From Sedimentisphaerales bacterium (GTDB lineage: Bacteria; Planctomycetota; Phycisphaerae; Sedimentisphaerales; UBA12454), in the NCBI GenBank assembly GCA_050014075.1, contig JBEKEA010000004.1, positions 35,665 through 99,664 of the forward strand: 64,000 nt of DNA, in the 5' to 3' direction. A program made the translations under genes and the position numbers. Of this stretch, positions 58,995 to 64,000 are shown piece after piece. Below the pieces are notes generated by a model. The model was given only the letters and a program-made list of their open reading frames with translations, made no database searches and was not told the origin of the DNA. Each line of letters starts with the position of its first letter. Position 1 is the stretch's first letter.

Positions 58995-60455
58995 TTATTG
59001 CATCCAGTATTCCGCCATCAAGGCAAAGTCTACAAAGTTTACTTGGTTGTCTCCGCTGAAATCGGCGTTGTTGCAGGTTCCGCAGCTTGAAGCCAGCCAG
59101 TTATCCGCAAGGCATTTCAGGTCGAGGAAATCAACAACTCCGTCACCGTTGCAGTCACCGAATAAATCTTCATATGCTCCAAGGTCTGGTGCTTTACCTG
59201 CTTTACCATAATATGGTAAATTGACATCCATTCCCGCGTTTCTCAATGCGCTCATTGGAGCAAGATGCATATATTTTACTGTAGGCAGTTCGCCGTTCGG
59301 CCCGCGCGGAGCAGAAAGATCATTAGCGTCAAGACCTGCGAAATCTGCGGCACTGACCGAGAAACCGTCGTTCCATGTGTTATAAGTTGCATGGACCATC
59401 TGAGTACCAATTGATACTGAACCCAGATACGAAACATTATTGTGCAATGTATGGATCGCGACAGTGAGGGGACTATGGTCGGGGACTTTAAAATTATTGT
59501 AACTGCCGTTATCCTGGTTCTCCATACCGGTACAATTATCGACGGTAACTCCGTTTACCTCAGTATCTCCACCATCTGTATTATTCCGGTTTAAGGTGAA
59601 TCCGCCGAGCCGATTGTAAAAAGCCACGCAATTAAATACTTTATGTGCACCGGGGCCTTTTCCCATTTTAAACCCCTCTCCGTTTCCTTTCCAGGTACCC
59701 ACAAAACCCCAGATATTATAACCGTTTTGCCATGCCCAGCAATTCTCAATTAGAACAGCATTGTGTGCCCACCATAAATCGAAACCGTCATCGGAGTTAC
59801 ACCAAGACCGGCAGCCGTAAAAAGAATTGCCGACGCCCAGACAGCTTGTACAACCGGTCTGGCCTTTCGCTCCGAAACCATCGGCATTACCGCCAGCACC
59901 TTGCGGGTCGTAATTATGATGAGAATCGCAATTTATAACCTGGTTATAAGAAGCGCCCGTATACAAATCAATCCCACTATCCTGGTTGCCGTATGCAATT
60001 AATTGTTCAAAGATATTGTGTCCGCCGGTACAATACAACCCGTTATCCCCGGCATTGCAAAGGGTAAAACCCTTGAAGTGCCAGTAACTGCCGCTCAGAC
60101 TGATTCCCCTGACAGTGCCGCCTCTTGTCTGATGTGAGAAATCCAGAATGGGCTTTTCATTCTGATAATTTTGCATTGTTATGAGGTTTCCTGCTGTACC
60201 GCTTTTTGAAATTGAGATTTTGTTGGCATCGGTATAAAAGCCATGTGTGCCGCCGCGAAGATAAATAGTGCCGCCAGCCGCAACCGCTGTTACCGCTTTG
60301 GGAATCGTCTTATATGGGTGGTTTATATCACCAGTGGTGCTGCTGTCACTTCCGTTGGGGTCGACAAAATATGTGCTGCAATATGCCGGACAGACCGCGA
60401 AAAGTATCCCAAGAATAAGGATTAGGACTAACTGTCGTTGAGGGTTTACTTGCAT
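58995..60455 (-). CDS. Secreted PL9-family polysaccharide lyase with dockerin-like tail (paralogue)
   Basis: IYLRGGT, NADGFGAK, GCRSWCNSDDGFD, GNGEGFKMG, APDLGAYE, paired dockerin-like repeats. Confidence 0.85.
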   Translation of the reverse strand: MQVNPQRQLVLILILGILFAVCPAYCSTYFVDPNGSDSSTTGDINHPYKTIPKAVTAVAAGGTIYLRGGTHGFYTDANKISISKSGTAGNLITMQNYQNEKPILDFSHQTRGGTVRGISLSGSYWHFKGFTLCNAGDNGLYCTGGHNIFEQLIAYGNQDSGIDLYTGASYNQVINCDSHHNYDPQGAGGNADGFGAKGQTGCTSCLGVGNSFYGCRSWCNSDDGFDLWWAHNAVLIENCWAWQNGYNIWGFVGTWKGNGEGFKMGKGPGAHKVFNCVAFYNRLGGFTLNRNNTDGGDTEVNGVTVDNCTGMENQDNGSYNNFKVPDHSPLTVAIHTLHNNVSYLGSVSIGTQMVHATYNTWNDGFSVSAADFAGLDANDLSAPRGPNGELPTVKYMHLAPMSALRNAGMDVNLPYYGKAGKAPDLGAYEDLFGDCNGDGVVDFLDLKCLADNWLASSCGTCNNADFSGDNQVNFVDFALMAEYWMQ

Positions 60456-60845
60456 GATTTTTAAATCCCTTCATGAAAATACAGAGTTTTTACGACCAAT
60501 ATTTTCCTTTACCCGTTCTTGTATGATAACTTCCTATATTATTATACCAAAAGCATATCAATGATAGCAAAGATTTTAACAATTTTACCTATATTGAGGG
60601 CTGTTTTTAATAAAAGGAGGATTTTGTGGTGGTAACATCTTTAATATACAAGAGTTAAATCTGGACAAATAACGTGCATTTATATGGGTATTTTTAGTTT
60701 TATTGCCAGGCAAATTAAGGCCTGAATTTTAGCAAAAAAGCCGCAGTTTTCTTGATTTAGCGACAAAAATTTCGATAATTTACGACTAACTATGTAAAGA
60801 GATATTGTGGTAGTATAGCCGCGTCATGTAAACGGAGAAAAACCT

Positions 60846-62363
60846 ATGATATATAAAATACGAAAGTTTTGTAATGTTGCTATTTTTTCGACCCTGCTGT
60901 TTTTTGCTGCAGTTACGATTCCTTTAAAATCAGCAAAGGCCCAGGACTTGTCGGAACTTGAAAAGCAGATGACAAAATTTACTTTGCCCAACGGCCTGAA
61001 ATTCCTCGTCTTCGAGCGGCACGAGGCGCCGGTAGTTTCATTCCATACCTATGCCGATGTTGGCTCGGTCGATGATTCTAAAGGACAGACCGGTATGGCG
61101 CATCTGTTCGAACATATGGCTTTTAAAGGAACCACGACCATCGGCACGAAGGACTATAAGGCAGAGGCCCGTGCAATGGCAAAAGAGGATGAGGCTTTCG
61201 AGGCTCTTAAAGCAGAACGAAACAAAATCCACCCGGACAAGGCCCGGATGGAGCAGTTGGAAAAGAAGTTTAAGCAGGCCGGGCAGGAAGCTGGAAAATA
61301 TATAATTCCCGACCGATTTGAAGAGATGCTTACTCAGGCAGGTGGTAAAAGATTCAATGCATACACCAGTGAAGACGCAACGCAGTACATTGTCAGTCTT
61401 CCATCGAACAAAGTGGAACTCTGGATGACGATAGAATCAGACAGATTTTTAAATCCCGTTCTGCGGGAATTTTATAAGGAAAGAGACGTCGTAATGGAAG
61501 AGCGGCGAATGTCAGAGAACAGGCCTATGGGCCGCTTGTTCGAGGAGTTTGGGGCAGTTGCCTACAAAGCGCATCCTTACGGTCATCCTGTTTTAGGTTG
61601 GATGAGCGACCTGGAGAATATTTCTCGGCCCCAGGCACAGGCCTTTTTCAAAAAATATTATTCACCGGCCAATCTTACCATCGCGATTGTCGGCGATGTT
61701 AATCCGCAGGAGATTAAGAAACTTGCGGAAAAATATTTCAGCCCCATTCCCGGCGGAACAAAATCGTTGCTGGTTGAAACGGTTGAACCGCCCCAGTTGG
61801 GCCGCCGCTGTGTTACGATAGAGGACACCGCCCAGCCGATGCTTCTGATTGGTTATCACAGACCTAATGTAAATCATCCCGATAACGCTGTCTTTGACGC
61901 AATCTCGCAAATTATCGGCTCTGGAAGAACTTCACGATTATATGAAAGTCTCGTCAAGGAAAAGAAAATTGCCGTCGAAGTTTGGGCAGGTTCGGACAGA
62001 AGTAAATATCCATCTCTGTTTGTATTTGGAGCCCAGCCCGCTAAAGGCCATACTCCCCAGGAGTGCGAAAAAGCGATTAATGACGAGATTGAGAAATTCA
62101 AAACCCAGCAGGTCTCTGCCGAAGAGCTGCAAAAAGCAAAGGCTCTCAGCAGGGCGGATTTGCTCCAGCAGCTTGATACCAATGGGCCGCTTGCCGCTGA
62201 ATTGGCTTTTTATGAAGTCGTAACAGGAGACTGGCACAACCTTTTTGCTCAGCTCGATAAAATTAATCTGGTTACTGCCGCCGATGTTCAGCGGGTGGCA
62301 AAAGAATGTTTCGTAACCAAAAATCAAACGGTCGGCGAAATTCAAACAACTGCTTCAAACTGA
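60846..62363 (+). CDS. M16 (insulinase) zinc peptidase, catalytic subunit, secreted
   Basis: LPNGL, GMAHLFEHMAFKG (HxxEH), FNAYTS, ERDVV.EE, HPYGHP..G. Confidence 0.92.
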   Translation: MIYKIRKFCNVAIFSTLLFFAAVTIPLKSAKAQDLSELEKQMTKFTLPNGLKFLVFERHEAPVVSFHTYADVGSVDDSKGQTGMAHLFEHMAFKGTTTIGTKDYKAEARAMAKEDEAFEALKAERNKIHPDKARMEQLEKKFKQAGQEAGKYIIPDRFEEMLTQAGGKRFNAYTSEDATQYIVSLPSNKVELWMTIESDRFLNPVLREFYKERDVVMEERRMSENRPMGRLFEEFGAVAYKAHPYGHPVLGWMSDLENISRPQAQAFFKKYYSPANLTIAIVGDVNPQEIKKLAEKYFSPIPGGTKSLLVETVEPPQLGRRCVTIEDTAQPMLLIGYHRPNVNHPDNAVFDAISQIIGSGRTSRLYESLVKEKKIAVEVWAGSDRSKYPSLFVFGAQPAKGHTPQECEKAINDEIEKFKTQQVSAEELQKAKALSRADLLQQLDTNGPLAAELAFYEVVTGDWHNLFAQLDKINLVTAADVQRVAKECFVTKNQTVGEIQTTASN

Positions 62364-62384
62364 TTTTTTTCAGGAGCGAAAAAA

Positions 62385-63812
62385 ATGAAACTTAAATATT
62401 TCTGTATCCTAACCGGTTTTCTATTGTTCATAACCGCCCAACAGGCATTGTCGGCGGGGCAGTTAAAAAGTCCGAAACTGCGCGATATCGAAATCCCTAA
62501 AATTCAGCGGGTAACGCTGGACAATGGAATGCAGTTGTTTGTGGTGGAAGACCACGAATTACCGGTGATTAAAATCCAGGCGATGATTCGGACAGGTTCG
62601 ATTTATGACCCCGCTGATAAAATCGGTCTGGCGGCTGTTACCGCAAAGGTGATGCGCACCGGCGGAACCGCTTCCAAAACCGGCGACGAAATTGACCGCC
62701 TGCTTGAAAATGCCGCCGCCACTGTCGAAACAAGGGTTGAACAAAATTGCGGCTATGCCGATTTATGGTCGATTAAGGAAAAATTCGATACCGTCCTGCC
62801 GATTTTGGCTGATGTGCTGATGAATCCCGCTTTTCGCCAGGACAAGATCGAACTGGCCAAAATCGAGTTTCGCACCGAAATCGCCCAGCGTAACGATGAT
62901 TTACATACAATCAGTTCCCGCGAGTTTAAAAAACTTATTTACGGCCCAAACAGCGTCTGGGCCAGACAAATCGAATACGACACAATCGACGGCATCAGCA
63001 GGGAGGATATAATTGCCTTTCATAAAAAATTCTATCATCCCAATAATGTAATGCTCAGCGTTTGCGGAGATTTTAACGCCGCGGAGATGATTAAAAAAAT
63101 TCAAGCGGCTTTCAAAGACTGGCAAAAGACGGATGTGCAGTTCCCCGATGTTCCGAAAGTGCAGTATGAATATCGCCAGACCGTTAATCTGATTCGCAAA
63201 AAAGATATCAATCAATCAGCCGTTTATATGGGGCATATTGATGGTCTCAGGAGTGACCCGGACTTTTATGCGCTGGTCGTGATGAACCGGGTTCTCGGTG
63301 AGGATTTCACGAGCCGGCTGTTTAAAAATGTCCGTTCACGACAGGGCCTGGCATATGATGTTTACGGTGCGTATAGAGCCGATTATGACCATCCGGGCAT
63401 CTTTTTTGTCGGCTGCCAGACCAAATCGACGACTACAGTGCGGGCCATTCGCGCTATGATGGAACAAGTCAAGTCGATGACCGAAGGTGAAGTTACAGAC
63501 GAGGAGTTGGCCATAGCCAAAGAAAGCTATCTCAATTCGTATGTATTTAATTTCGATACAAGGAATAAGATTGTTAATCGAATGATGACTTTCGAGTATT
63601 TCGGTTATCCCGCTGATTTTCTCCAGAAAACCAAAGAGAATATCGAGAGGGTATCCAAAAAAGATGTTCTGCAGGTTGCCAAAAAACATCTCAGGCCTGA
63701 CAAGATGCAGATTCTTGCTATTGGCCGGCCGCAGGATTTCAATGAACCGCTTTCAGTGTTAGGACAGGTGCGCGAAATTGACATCAACATTCCCGCTCCG
63801 AATGGAAAATAA
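62385..63812 (+). CDS. M16 peptidase non-catalytic partner subunit, secreted
   Basis: TLDNGM, EDHELP, MRTGG (no HxxEH), SRLF..VR..QGLAY. Confidence 0.88.
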   Translation: MKLKYFCILTGFLLFITAQQALSAGQLKSPKLRDIEIPKIQRVTLDNGMQLFVVEDHELPVIKIQAMIRTGSIYDPADKIGLAAVTAKVMRTGGTASKTGDEIDRLLENAAATVETRVEQNCGYADLWSIKEKFDTVLPILADVLMNPAFRQDKIELAKIEFRTEIAQRNDDLHTISSREFKKLIYGPNSVWARQIEYDTIDGISREDIIAFHKKFYHPNNVMLSVCGDFNAAEMIKKIQAAFKDWQKTDVQFPDVPKVQYEYRQTVNLIRKKDINQSAVYMGHIDGLRSDPDFYALVVMNRVLGEDFTSRLFKNVRSRQGLAYDVYGAYRADYDHPGIFFVGCQTKSTTTVRAIRAMMEQVKSMTEGEVTDEELAIAKESYLNSYVFNFDTRNKIVNRMMTFEYFGYPADFLQKTKENIERVSKKDVLQVAKKHLRPDKMQILAIGRPQDFNEPLSVLGQVREIDINIPAPNGK

Positions 63813-63842
63813 ATTATATGGATGGGAACTGACTTAAATTTA

Positions 63843-64000
63843 ATGACAGCTAATCAACATCCAACAAAAGTTCAATCCGGCAGTTCCGCCGGCCAGGCAA
63901 AATGGGCGGCTGGATTGCTGGCGTTGCTCGCTTTGGCGATTTATTCGCCGGCGATTTTGGGGGGTAAGACGTTGCTGCTGCGGGACATTCATACCCAATT
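63843..64000 (+). CDS. Membrane protein, possibly YfhO-like, 3'-truncated by window edge
   Basis: MTANQ...LLALLALAIYSPAILGGKTLLLRDIHTQ; a TM helix followed by G..L..RD...Q. Confidence 0.45.
   Translation, partial: MTANQHPTKVQSGSSAGQAKWAAGLLALLALAIYSPAILGGKTLLLRDIHTQ

Overview
A 64-kb chromosomal window, most likely from an anaerobic planctomycete (Phycisphaerae/Sedimentisphaerales-like). That assignment is inferred from solitary dnaA, tandem dockerin-like C-terminal modules on secreted proteins, NifU/NifS and NfnAB. The core is housekeeping: ribH-nusB-parA-rsmE, lptB-def-fmt-rsmB-dnaA with a probable oriC, tsaD, nnrD/nnrE, HU, csp, nfnAB, pta, surE, tRNA-Arg(ACG), rluB, xth, an Rrf2-cysK-cysE-nadA-metY-nifU-nifS operon and an M16 peptidase pair. 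Three envelope-glycosylation loci encode four GT-C/ArnT-like transferases; two of these loci pair ArnT with a membrane-anchored DSP-fold phosphatase. Secreted PL9-like lyases and an RCC1-repeat protein carry dockerin-like tails. No rRNA, CRISPR array, integrase or transposase was found. Features not shown in the ORF track: (i) two integrase-less mini-islands bounded by diverged duplicates of a host gene terminus (HNH 3' end; rluB 5' end, present three times); (ii) several 70-190 bp gene fossils (MvaI/BcnI nuclease, MsrA, GH31, PL9); (iii) REP-like palindromes, two of them in frame inside proteins; (iv) a 54-aa protein with a YxGPERR motif; (v) a candidate ~60-nt sRNA; (vi) catalytic-residue substitutions in a DSP phosphatase, RluB and a PAP2 protein. 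All family assignments come from motif recognition by eye, not database searches.
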